Position numbers and translations under genes: made by a program. Positions 52,211-64,000 of a stretch of DNA of 64,000 nt are shown here, piece after piece; positions within the stretch are counted from its first letter, which is position 1, and the number at the start of each line of letters is the position of its first letter. Source of the DNA: Octopus sinensis. Lineage: Eukaryota. The stretch is taken from contig NC_043014.1 in assembly GCF_006345805.1 (NCBI RefSeq), forward strand, positions 45,136,001-45,200,000, in the 5' to 3' direction. The notes below the pieces were generated by a model. That model did no database searches and was not told the DNA's origin. It saw only the letters and a program-made list of their open reading frames with translations.

Positions 52211-53039
52211 TAAATAAACTATTTTAATAGCTATTCCGCAAAAGATTGCTGTTCATAAACATATGTTATTGGCAAACAGGAAATATTGATTAAAGTGCCC
52301 ACTAGAGAAAAGTACTGTTTCCTCTCAACCCAACCTCTTCATTCATTCCCCATCATTATAAACACATACATGCAAACACTCACGCTCACACGCGTAAAAA
52401 TCATTCATGATATACATAAATGAATATATTAACAGAAATCAAGTCATAAATACCTACTTAATTGATGTTGCATTCAGTAGAAATAATTGAAAACAACTAA
52501 AACAAACTGTATTCCTGTCAAATATTGTTTTATAGCAACTGTTTACAGAGTGACAGTAAACTTCTCAGTTGGCAATAGGTTTTTGTCAAGTGAATCTGAT
52601 CAAATCATTTTCATCATCTAAATTATCAAAACCCAATAACACACACACACAAACATAAATAGTGGAAACTTTTATGGAATTGAAATTTGCAACAGTGCTG
52701 TATTACCTTTGAAATAGATTTGTTTACATAAGTACTTCAAATTAAGTATATTTATACATACATACATTCATATATAAGTTGATAAACCTTAATGTTCTTA
52801 AAATTTAAATCGACATCTTTGTCTATATATCTGCCTTCTCTATAATGTTATCAATTGATATGAAAATTATGTATTAATGGAAAACCTCTATTAATGGCTG
52901 ATGATTGCTCAACATTTTAAAACTGTTGTAATATTTACAACATTTAATATAATGATGTAGCATGAAACGATCGTACCAAATTACCGAAGTTATTCTTGTT
53001 GCTTATTTTGATTATATATATATATAAAACAATATTGTA

Positions 53040-53140
53040 ACACCTACTGCCAGAGGCACCCATTCTTGCAACACCTGTACAAATGAGTGCAAGTCCCTAG
53101 CAAGGCTGAAAAGCTACATCCTTGCTGCTCATTTTTAAGA
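53040..53140 (+). mobile_element. RTE (BovB-like) extreme 3' zinc-finger fragment
   Basis: HSCNTCTNECKSLARLKSYI resembles C..C.R.C.S..GL.SH. Confidence 0.45.
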
Positions 53141-53585
53141 GAACAATAATCATATATATATATATATATATATCAAGGCTTTGATCACCTCAGGACTATA
53201 GTAGAAGATACTTACTCAAGGTGGCATGCATACTCCACACAGACATACACACTTCTTTATAAGACTATGAAACTTTATAATTGGAAAGAAGAACAATTCA
53301 ATTAAAATGATTAATTATTACATTAAAAAACACTTTAATCTTCTTAAGTTTACTTCTTAAATTTAAAAATTCATCATCATTATCATCATCATCGTTTAAC
53401 ATCCGCTTTCCATGCTAGCATGGGTTGGATGATTTGACTGAGGTCTGGCGAACCAGATAGCTGCACCAGACTCCAATCTGATCTGGCAGAAAAAATTCCC
53501 CAGGCAAAAATGTGACAACACTAGTTTCATACATTCCACACAATTGCTCACCAGTCATTTAGGTTTAACGTTAGTACCTGCTTAA

Positions 53586-53815
53586 CCCTTTAGTGTTTAA
53601 ATTATTCTGTTAAATGTAATACTTCTTCATTCAAATTCATCATCATCAACTTGAATTAATCATGCATTATCTTCTAGCTTTGAGGTTTCAATAATGTCAC
53701 TATTTATTTTTAGAGTGTCAATGTAGGGTAGGTGTGAAAGGCTAGATATCGCCAGTTTGAATATAAAACATGTAGAATATTTGAGCCGGATATGGCCGGT
53801 TTAAACACTAAAGGG
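53586..53815. mobile_element. piggyBac-type MITE
   Basis: Perfect 16-bp TIR CCCTTTAGTGTTTAAA / TTTAAACACTAAAGGG. TTAA at 53582-53585 and 53816-53819. Confidence 0.9.
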
Positions 53816-54599
53816 TTAAAGCATACTTTTAGTAAAATTCATATTGTTTCACCCCTTCATTTCCCTCATCCATAATATTCAGATTGGGCATCGGCTGCAG
53901 AGATTTCATCAGTGTGTCAAAGCCTACAAATCTTATTGTGCTGCCTCACACCTTTAAAATAAGAAAATCTTAATTATCAAAGCTTAACCTAATATTTTTG
54001 GATCAACTGCAAATGACATTTATGCTACAGTTGTAACAAACATTGTACCTGACATATTTAAACAACTTTAAGACACAAAGGGAGAACATTGATATTCTCC
54101 ACAAAACTATTTGTTTTTATTGTAATAAATATTGTTAAAAAATTTAAAATTTAAATTGTAGACCTCACATAAGTGTTCCATTTTTTTTTATAAGAATTCA
54201 GTTGCTACACTGATTGCCATAAGCATCTATGTAGCAGCTCAACTTTTTTCTAATTTCAATTTAGAATTTATGGCCACCAAAAAAAGAAAAAAAAAATTGA
54301 TAATTACTAAAGGCAGTTTTTTTTTTTTTGTATCAGTTTACAAATGATTACTAAAGCAGATTTCAATACAAAATAACAAGAAACCAATAATCTGCTGTAT
54401 TGTAATTAAATAACTAAAATACCTATTTATTTCTATAAATGAACCTTGTTACATCCTAGGTGTATCGAATTAATCATATGGTAAGAGGCTTATTGATGTA
54501 TTGCCAGACTTGAGTACTTCAAAGAACAGGCACTGAGTCCTGTCTGTAAAACTACTCTCTCATAGATTCAAATAGTAAAGTTGATTTTTCTGAGACTTT

Positions 54600-56290
54600 T
54601 CGCAATTATGGAATCCATTTTATTGGATTTAGGTCTGTTTTTCAAGAACCCTACATTGGCACTGATACAATAATCTTCCAGCACACAAACGGTTATCACA
54701 CACATGGCTACTTAAAAAACAATAATATTTCCTTAATAACTAGTGAATATATATCATGCAACTTGAGACATAAGCCAAAAACCTGTCTGAAACTAATTAC
54801 TTTAGAATTATGTTCCTTGTAAGGTTTTAACTAGGGAAGCCTACAAAATAGGATATGAACACCTCTTGAACCAAATCAAAAAAAGCCAGATTTTTATTTG
54901 CATATACAGTAATATTACTTCAATTTCATCCTTCATGTTACAACCCGAATGTCAAAACTTTACATTTCCAACTCCAATATCAGTAAAATAAATAAATAAC
55001 CCACAGACGAATACCTATGATTAAAAATTGTGAAAGAATTTTTAATATGAATAGTAAAATATTGATTGACTTATATGACAATGCTAAATCAGAAGCTAAG
55101 AAAATCAATATCTATCTTTTAGAAGATCTAACTCTGATGACCAATACTATATACTTTTTCTAAACTAGTAATAGTATTGCTTTTACTATTATTCCCACTT
55201 ACTCTCCAGCTCCCCTCCCTTCCTATTGTCATTAAAATCACCTAGTTAGAGGAAAGAGTCTAACATATGTCAAGACTATAGAAAATCTATCTTTGTAATT
55301 TCAACAGCACTTCTTTTGTAAATATTTTACATTGTGTGATAAATGAAATCCAGCTGCACTAAATATACCATCATTGTATTACTGCTTCTGTTCTGAGTTA
55401 TTTTGGTAACTTAAATATTCTGAAATCATGCTTTTTTCCTAACAACTTCACTCAATTATTTCAATCTGATTTTGTATAAAACTGTATTCTAGCAACCAGC
55501 CAGTTCTTAGTTTCTTTGGTTTTATGAAATTTTAATCTCACAGGAACAAAGACATTTCAAGACATTTGCCAAATCAAAGAATATAATTTTTCCTATCACT
55601 TCCCCCAAAATGTTCAAAAGAGATCATAAACTGATTATTGTCTACACTGATTTTTTCAAGAAAAGTTTGATCTCTGATCAGAAATATTAGACAATTGTCT
55701 GCACAGAATAATACATTTACAACTTTTCTATTCTGTCATATTGCATCATAGAAGCCAATAACTTAAAAATCATAGCGTCATGTTAAACCTCTGCAGTCTG
55801 ATCCGGTATGAACTACATCCTAATCTAAATATTCATATCTAGATCAAAATCTAACAAATATTCGTTTTGATCAACATAAAATTTAGATTAATTGCCTTAC
55901 TTTCTTAATACATGCCAACTAACTCTTAATTATTCTTATCTGATGAATGTGATATAAAGCAAGAGACAAAGACACAGTGAGCCAAACCTTCAATGCTTGG
56001 TTTGAAGTCAATTTTATTTCACTTTTGTTACTATTGTCTCTAATTTTGTGTCTCATAAAAAAAACATAAAGACGGTAATTCTTAATCAGTTTAATATCTT
56101 TAAGAATATCCAAAAGAAATAGAAAGAAAAATTGAAACAAATAGATAAGAAAATATGTGAATTTAAAAGTTTCATGAATTATTATGAAATATATGATGTA
56201 CATCTGTGACATCTTCTCCATCAAAAGTTTAACTCTGCATGAATCAGTAAAAGATGAAAGTTTTTTTACCTTATCTTTTAACAAAATTAT
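54600..56290 (-). mobile_element. Very old L1/Tx1-like reverse-transcriptase fossil
   Basis: Reverse strand KDIKLIKNYRL (NYRPI equivalent), VVNVLFCADNCLIF (ADD motif) and ISFEHFGGS..N (F...SG.++N), in the expected order. Confidence 0.4.
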
Positions 56291-56497
56291 AGGGTATCAT
56301 TATGATGAAAAGTTGGGAAGTTTAACTGGTAAATGCCTTTGACTAGAATTCCAGAAATACAAATAGTTTTATCACTTTAGATCTTAAATGGTAATGGTGG
56401 AATTTGTTGTAGTTACGATATGATGATGGTCGCTGTAGTGCTGCAACTACTGCAGTTGCTGCTGTTCATCATCATCATCATCATTATTATTATCATG

Positions 56498-56535
<38 letters not shown>

Positions 56536-56669
56536 GATGATGATGATGATGATGATGATTAAATTTCAAATATTCCTAACTATTCTTCATATTTCATGTC
56601 TTCATCTCTTCCTTAACTATACTCCCTCTCTCTCTCTCTCTCTTCACCCTGAAAATTGGCTAGCATTGT

Positions 56670-57420
56670 AAAACTTCCATTAAAAATGTTCTATAATTCA
56701 ACATGCAACCTATAGTGACTTCATCATCCTCATCCAATGAAGTAAATTGTCCAGACCAATAAGCCGTATTGGTCTTCCAATAGTAGAATGTCTCATCTGT
56801 GCACACGATGAATACAGATGAGAGCAGTAGTTTACTAACTGAACTGGTTGATCCTGACCATTGACAGTTTGTTGACTGATCATCCACTCAAAATCTAGTA
56901 ATATTTGCCACTGACTCATTAACCCTTTCGTTACTGTATTTCTTTTGTGATGCTCTGTGTTTCTTTCAATTACTTTAAATATAACAAAGAATTTAGTAAA
57001 ATAACTTAGTTATCATTCAGCTAGTGTTAGGAACATAAATTGTGACTAAGGTTTGGTGGAAAATTTTAATTCAGAACTTATGAAAATAAAACATTTGTAC
57101 CCAGAGCCAGAGCCGGTTTCAGCCGGGTTGGTAATGAAAGGGTTAAGTTCATCTGTTGAAATAGTTCATATCCACCATATTGCATCCTATCATTTCAAGA
57201 TAACCCTGACTCAGCTAACCTTGTGACTTACCTTGCTTTATACCAGTGCTACAAACACTTTACAAAGTTGTTAAATGAGGCAGAATAGATATCACTAAAT
57301 AATGCTAACGTGGAAATACAAGGTAACAACAAATGATAATGTGAATGGTCCTTAAACTTAACATTAAGCAAATGCGATTTTATGTTATAGAAATTCAAGT
57401 TCCCAACAAACGTAAGTAAG
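56670..57420 (-). mobile_element. Putative MULE (Mutator) transposase fossil split by a MITE
   Basis: Removing the MITE restores an open frame of about 87 codons: NDRMQYGGYELFQQMNLMSQWQILLDFEWMISQQ...YCSHLY...HWMRMMKSL. It resembles the MULE Y..LF...DFE...C.FH...W+R...L pattern. Confidence 0.4.
56923..57142. mobile_element. piggyBac-type MITE
   Basis: TIR CCCTTTCGTTAC / GTAATGAAAGGG. TTAA at 56919-56922 and 57143-57146. Confidence 0.88.
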
Positions 57421-58907
57421 CTTTGACTCTTGCTTCTCAAAAATTGCTAGAAAAAATATTTGGGATATTATAATGGGATTAACTCAGCTAGCTACATTCA
57501 CAGCCTATAACAAAATCAGTTAGCTACATTCACAGCCTATTACAAAAATGCCATCGTGTCAAATGAGGTAGTTAAGGTATATGTATTTTCATTGGTACAG
57601 ACCACCCGGAATTTGTCTAAGTGGTTCATAATAACTGAATATGAGTTTTCTAGTAATTCAAAATGAGATTATATAGTGTGTGCGTGCATGTGTGAATTTA
57701 ATACTGTTTCATATATAACTATGAAATCATCTTTTCTAAGATATATCAAACTCATAATGAATGGTCATATAACTAATTAAGTGTTATAAATTAAATGCTA
57801 CATATATAGTTATGAATTTATTGAAAAGTGGACAAGAAATCTAAAAAGATTTTCAATTAAACAAACTTCATTAACAATATACAATTATATGAAATGTTTA
57901 AATGAATATCAAGATTAATAAATACTAATGTACTCCATATGTCAAACAACTTCAAACAGTCATGTAAACATTTAACAAAATAATTCTCTGTACATTTGTA
58001 GAGAAGATGTAAACATAGAGAGGCCTAAACACCAGTTTTTAACCATTAATTTGATCACTGCCAGTTGAGGGACTTGTGAACGTATTGTTCTATAGTCAGT
58101 GTACATCATACCTTCACATCAAAGAGTGAAGCCGTCTAACAAAGCAATAGAATTTATTGGGTTTGTAAGGAGGAAATATTAAACAATAACAAAAGGCTAA
58201 TTGGTGGAGAGATGAAGACAAATCATTAGTTAGGAGGTGTTAAATGGCATAATTAATATAACTACTTAAGAGCCACTTTGCATACTACATACTTAAGGAC
58301 AATACATCGTTACATTCTAATAATTGTTTTTAAGTATTTTTTAATTATAAACAAGTATTGCATGGTTTTGGTGTTTTGTGTATTATTTTACGTAACTCTT
58401 TTTAAATTGGTATGTTTCCTAATTTCCAGAGATCCTCATTATACAAATGTGTAGTAATTGCTGTAGTGTGTGTATACGTAATTGAACAATTTGGGTAAGA
58501 AGAAGGTCGTCTATGAAATGCAGCAGCTATTTTCATGAGGTTGGTTTCACAACTTTTATGTCAACAAATGGCATTGTTAATAAGAATGTTGAAACTTTAT
58601 AAATTAGTTATAATGAAGGCTAATGAGAGTTATCATAGTTAAATTTATTGATAAGCTATGCAAAACACTTGTCAATAAGAGTATTAAGATGGTTATTCAA
58701 GGGTTTTGTCTAATTCGCTTTATTTCTCCAGTCAGTTTTACAAGAACACATTTAGCCTTTCTATGGCAGGCATTTTAAGTAGAAAATAATTTCCCCGTTC
58801 TTATCACTGCATGTGTCTTAGAACATTTAGTACACATAAAAGTAGCAAATTCCTTAATATACAATTCTTGGGGTTAGAAAACCCAATTTAATACATACTT
58901 CATGCAT

Positions 58908-58909
<2 letters not shown>

Positions 58910-58973
<64 letters not shown>

Positions 58974-58992
58974 CCTCTCATTCACTCACTCA

Positions 58993-59026
<34 letters not shown>
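58910..59026. repeat. (CT)n-(CTCA)n-(CA)n compound microsatellite
   Basis: Directly visible. Confidence 0.95.
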
Positions 59027-59030
<4 letters not shown>

Positions 59031-59419
59031 TATCATATAGTGAGGCATGTAATTTGTATATAGGGCTAATATATTTATCATAAAGATTCAACTAAATCAA
59101 AAAGATGATTTCAAACATGACAATCCAGAGTGGCAATGGATGGAATGAGGAAATTTGAATCTTCAAAATATATCCGTGATTAAGTGTTAATGATGTCAAT
59201 GAACTGGCCTCAATTGGATATTTTCCTATTGTGTGTTGTCAGCTAAGCATTCATGTACAGTCTGCAACATGAATATGCTGAGCTACATGTGTGTGTGGTA
59301 TGATCCCCAAGTGCATAAGAGAAAGTATGTGTGTTGTTATTGTTACTTAGCCTTTGTTCAGTTTCACTCAAAAGAGTTTCATTCCAATTCTCCTTTTTTT
59401 TTCTCTGAGATTCCACCAC

Positions 59420-59715
59420 AAGGAGTGTGGTGGCTTGTGTACTACAATGACCATGGGAGCTATGCCAGCAGAACAAAAACTTCTGGTAGAGGGATTCCCA
59501 TAGTGGACAGGTCAAAAGGTAGAGGCATGACTAATATGGACCACCTCTTCCCAGAAGTAAAAATGGGTTTGTGTAGAGCTAACACCCCTACCTAGAAAAC
59601 AGTATAGTTACAGAAGCATTGATGACAGTTCAAAACAAACATGACCAAGGCCAAGAACAGTGGAGAAAAGTAATCAAGGCCTACGCTCCATAGGGAGTGA
59701 AAGGCTTAAGTAAAT
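59420..59715 (+). mobile_element. Internally deleted RTE/Expander-like element (5' leader joined to 3' tail)
   Basis: GGTGGCTTGTGT...ATGACCATGGGAGCTATGCC...CTGGTAG...CCCA...ACAGGTC leader and ...AAGGCTTAAGTAAATAAGT tail. Confidence 0.55.
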
Positions 59716-60507
59716 AAGTATCGAAGATTACACTAAATTTTTTAATAGTGATTTTAGGAATATTGGACTATCACTTCAAGCTGCTTCAGTGAATATATAG
59801 TTGTTCTATCATCAGCTTGTATGTATGTGTGTATAAGCATCTATGAGAAAAAGATAATGTATATGGGTATGTTTTGCAAGGAATATGAAAAGGGATGCTT
59901 CCATAATAATAAAATATATAATCTTTCAAATTTATTTTCACTGATTTAGTGTTACAAAAATATTTTTTCACTTTTCAATATAGTTTTGAAATTGATTGGA
60001 AATATATATTTTCTCAATATCTATGTACATACATTAATCCTGATGTTTGTGCTTCTAGAATGTAGCAAAAATACAAACAAAACAATAATGATAGAAAACA
60101 TATTAGTGAGAATCAATTGTTCATTCAGAATCAATTGTATTTTACTCACTAAATATTTTTTAAAATACATATTTCCTTTCTGTGTTCAGCTATATTATTA
60201 AAATTTATCTCAATATGATTTTCAACATTTCCCCCCATAGTTTGCTTTTAGCATTCTTGCACTAATACTGTCATGTAGATACACTTAAATGCACTTGAAA
60301 AGGGAAAAAATGTCTATGTGTAATACTTAACTGCTAAATCGTTTTTTGTGTGCATCTATTTTTGCTTCAAAGTTGAGTGGATGACCATAGGAAGGGCATC
60401 CAGTTATTTTTCAACTGTATGCGAAGAATATCACAGCAATACAAGTATAGGAGGGAAATGATGTAAAGTAGTAAGCAAACAAAGTTATATGAGAAACTGA
60501 TAGTAAC

Positions 60508-60930
60508 TCTCTTTTACTCTTTTACTTGTTTCAGTCATTTGACTGTGGCCATGCTGGAGCACCGCCTTTAGTCAGCAAATCGACCCCGGGACTTATTCTT
60601 TGTAAGCCCAGTACTTATTCTATTGGTCTCTTTTGCCGAACCGCTAAGTGACGGGGACGTAAACACACCAGCATTGGTTGTCAAGCAATGCTAGGGGGAC
60701 AAACACAGACACACAAACATATACACACACACAAACATATACACACACACATATATATATATACATATATACGACAGGCTTCTTTCAGTTTCCATCTACC
60801 AAATCCACTCACAAGGCATTGGTCGGCCCGGGGCTATAGCAGAAGACACTTGCCCAAGATGCCACGCAGTGGGACTGAACCCGGAACCATGTGGTTGGTT
60901 AGCAAGCTACTTACCACACAGCCACTCCTG
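60508..60930 (-). mobile_element. Family B SINE, young full-length copy
   Basis: Reverse complement nearly identical to the copies at 3631 and 34842. Confidence 0.9.
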
Positions 60931-60989
60931 AGCCTAACTGTTTGATAATCATAAATAAAAATCCTAAATTGCTCAACAGAAGGTATTTT

Positions 60990-61410
60990 ATAAAGGAAGA
61001 GATTAGTCTAAGTGCCTATCAAACATACAACCACCAAAATGACAAACCCACTACTCATCAAAACCTTTCATCCTCTGCTCAATGTCATACTGTCTTTACT
61101 CTAGTTTTTCTAGTACAAGAGTTAATAAACAGATTCTGTTCTTCAGAACATTCTCGGTACATACCAGCTCTATTTGAATTGACTTTTTACACCCACTCTC
61201 TTGCCATCTCCTCTACTCAGTTTCTCTTCCTCACCAGATATTATGTGCAGTTCTTTATTCCAAAGAGTACCACTCAACAACTCACTTCCTGCAATATAAT
61301 AACCTCCTACTTTGCAACCATTGTATTAACAACACTTAAGTGACTCTTCCCTAATATCTGATGCAAAGAAGGCCCTCCCATACTCAACATGCAATGCTTC
61401 TCCTTCATAG
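60990..61410 (-). mobile_element. RTE LINE fragment (region after the RT domain)
   Basis: Reverse strand loosely matches the RTE PC..C..GVG.NSI.C..C..W+H segment and the following YLG region. Confidence 0.4.
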
Positions 61411-61499
61411 TAATGCCAATAAAATGTTACACACACACACACACACATTGTAACTTACAAAAGAATATGAATGTTATTCTTAAAAAATACACTGTGAAT

Positions 61500-61501
61500 G
61501 A

Positions 61502-61558
<57 letters not shown>

Positions 61559-61562
61559 ATTA

Positions 61563-61593
<31 letters not shown>

Positions 61594-61661
61594 CATCATC
61601 ATTATTATCATTATTATTATCATTATTATTATTATAATTATCATTATTATTATCATTATTA

Positions 61662-61746
<85 letters not shown>

Positions 61747-61750
61747 TATT
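61500..61750. repeat. (ATT)n/(ATC)n microsatellite
   Basis: Directly visible. Confidence 0.95.
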
Positions 61751-61929
61751 CAGAAATTGATTTTACTTTTCGTCCTCTCAGGGTCAATGGAACAGATACT
61801 AGCTGAGAACTGAGGTTGATGTAAATGATTAGCCCCCTCCTTTTTTCAGGCCTTCTGATTAGCCCCCAATTTTTCAGGCCTTCTGCCTATAGCAGAAAGG
61901 ATTATTATTATTACTATCAAGAGAGACTT

Positions 61930-62270
61930 CTTCCGTAATCATGAAACAGTTGTTGACAGAGGCAAGAATGAATCCAATAACTTCTAGAGTAGCATCAAAC
62001 TCATACCATTGATAGACAGACAGCAAAGCACAGAGTTTCAGACACTACTTAAGGGTTAACATCCAACCATTGATTTGCTGTCATCTGTAATATTATAGCA
62101 ATTAGAGTAACAGAACATGCTTTTTTCAACAGATTTCTCTCTGCAGACAAGAAATGTGCTAGTAAATCTAATAAAAGGCAGCACAAAGGTACTCTGTCAA
62201 ATAACATAGGGTCCAGAGCTAGGATAAAAGGATTATTGTATATAGTGCTATCAATGAAGTGTTTCACTTT
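61930..62270 (-). mobile_element. Jockey/Crack-like reverse-transcriptase fossil
   Basis: ILALDPMLFDRVPLCCLL resembles +ALD+SKAFDRVWH..LL, followed by QWLDVNP*VVSETL (V..GVPQGS+L.PTL). Confidence 0.5.
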
Positions 62271-62619
62271 TCAATTATTTTGATATCGCTAATGACCAGA
62301 AACATTCATTAATTATTTCTACTCATTTATACATGAAAAATAAAAACAACATTAATTTAGGTTAAATGTTTTCGACTATTGAACCCAAAGGTGACAGGTT
62401 CAAATCCATTCACAGATACTATATTTTGTTCCTGGAAAATGTTCATTCTTCTTGGAAGAACAAAAGTTATTGGTATTAGAAAGGATACTCAGTAATAAAA
62501 ATATATTTCAACTTAGGCAACTGTTGGAATTTTTCTAAGCACCAACCCTATACTCTGACAGAAAAAAAGACATTTTTAGACCAAAATCCACTCATGCAAA
62601 GATAGAAAACAAATGTGAA

Positions 62620-62760
62620 AACTGTGATTAGGAAGCTTGCTTCTGAACTACATGGTTTTGGGCTCAGTATCACTGTGTGGTACCTTGCGCAAATGTCTTC
62701 TGATATAGCCTCAAGCCGACCAGACCTTTGGGATTGAATTTGATAAGTGGATGTTCCCAT
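62620..62760 (+). mobile_element. Family B SINE, 5' part
   Basis: GAAGCTTGCTTCTGAACTACATGG...CCTTGCGCAAATGTCTTCTGATATAGCCTCAAGCCGACC. Confidence 0.7.
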
Positions 62761-62984
62761 TGTGTGTGTACATGTGTGTATAAGAGTTTGTGCCTCCTAA
62801 CAAAGAGGAAGGAATATGATGGCCAACTTAATATATCTTTAATGATGAATAAAGTTAATTTCTTTTACAAGTTGAGTGTAAGAAAGTACGAAATATGATT
62901 AAATTCATTTGTTTTTAATTAAACAATAGCATGATAGTAATATATCTCAACAAAAGCCACTTAATCTTATAAGTGATTAATCTT

Positions 62985-63140
62985 ATAAGTTGGCGTTAGG
63001 AAGGGCATCCAGCTGTAGAAACACTGCCAGATCAGACTGGAGCCTGGTACAGCCTCCTGGTTCCCAGACCCCGGTCGAACCGTCCAGCCCATGCTACCAT
63101 GGAAAACGGACGTTAAACGATGATGATGATGATGATGATT
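62985..63140 (+). mobile_element. 5'-truncated family C element
   Basis: GTTGGCGTTAGGAAGGGCATCCAGCTGTAGAAA...CATGGAAAACGGACGTTAAAC(GAT)n. Confidence 0.85.
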
Positions 63141-64000
63141 AAAAGCATCAATTTGAGGTGAAATAGTAAAACAGGCAACTGATGGGACTAGAACCACACA
63201 TATACATTGTTTGCCAGGTGAGTACATTACCAATTGCATGCAAATGCTCTATAATGTAATCAGTAATATGATCACTTGCCAAATGAGTGCTTATGTTCCA
63301 TATCATTTACATTAAAATTACTTCCTAATCTGTAACAGTTTATGGTGTACATCAAGCATAAACATAACTCTGAGATCGGCAACATCTCACCAAAACGTGC
63401 CTGATATATTTTATGTAATAAAACACATACGCAATTAATGTTTACAAAAACCTGAAGGGAGAGGGCTGAGAAGAACAATTTTTTAAAATATATTCCAAAA
63501 AAGTTATATCCAATTAATAACAGCCTATTTTTATTCAAATTCAACATTGTATTTTGTTTAAATATTGATTAATGTAACTAATGTAACAGAGATAACACAA
63601 TCAATATGAACACATTTCGTGTATTGCATGATGACAAATCTACCTACCTATATTGATTTCATAAATATATGACCAAATATTAATTGATGAGAGATATGGG
63701 AGTTTTGTGACATTCACTTTTTCCCTATTGAAGCACTAGAAACTGTTACGACCAGAATGGAAACTGGCTTTCAGGTTTAATTGAGAGTTTACTATTCTCA
63801 CACTCGGGCAGGATTTCTTTTCCAGAAGTATATGGTCAATTTTTCAAAAGGTTATGGTTCAGTGAATCAACCCCATTTCATGGATCTTAGCAAAATGGAA
63901 AGTAAATTTGACTCTAACAGAGTTTATTTAGACTCAAAGAGAAAAGACAAAATACCGTAAAGCAGGGAGTACTTTCAATTTCAAATTGTAATAAGTGTAA

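Noticed and set aside
57489-57550. Short direct duplications (AGCTACATTCACAGCCTAT x2; also at about 26075 and 61828-61885)
   Set aside because: Ordinary slippage-type tandem duplications with no further structure.

Overview
AT-rich eukaryotic non-coding DNA, almost certainly from an octopus. The evidence is the tRNA-derived SINE families, RTE-tailed non-autonomous elements ending in (GAT)n, and very dense (CA)n/(TA)n/(ATT)n microsatellites. The window reads as a large intron or intergenic stretch built from layered transposon fossils: HERO-type, RTE, CR1, R4/Dong, Jockey/Crack-like and L1/Tx1-like LINEs; Tigger, mariner, Tc1, hAT, Academ-like and MULE-like DNA transposons; TTAA-flanked piggyBac-type MITEs; a Helentron-type non-autonomous element; and Penelope-like repeats with hammerhead motifs. 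Almost all ORFs in the supplied track are microsatellite or repeat artefacts. I found no complete host gene, only one plausible minus-strand internal exon (37611-37725) of unknown product, and no convincing new biological system. The best leads are several near-perfect hairpins and foldbacks (miRNA-like or ADAR substrates), degenerate hammerhead ribozyme motifs, young RTE and CR1 copies, and rare transposon fossils. Family assignments come from hand-translated motifs and recalled consensus sequences, not database searches. Fossil boundaries are approximate (about +/-20-50 bp).
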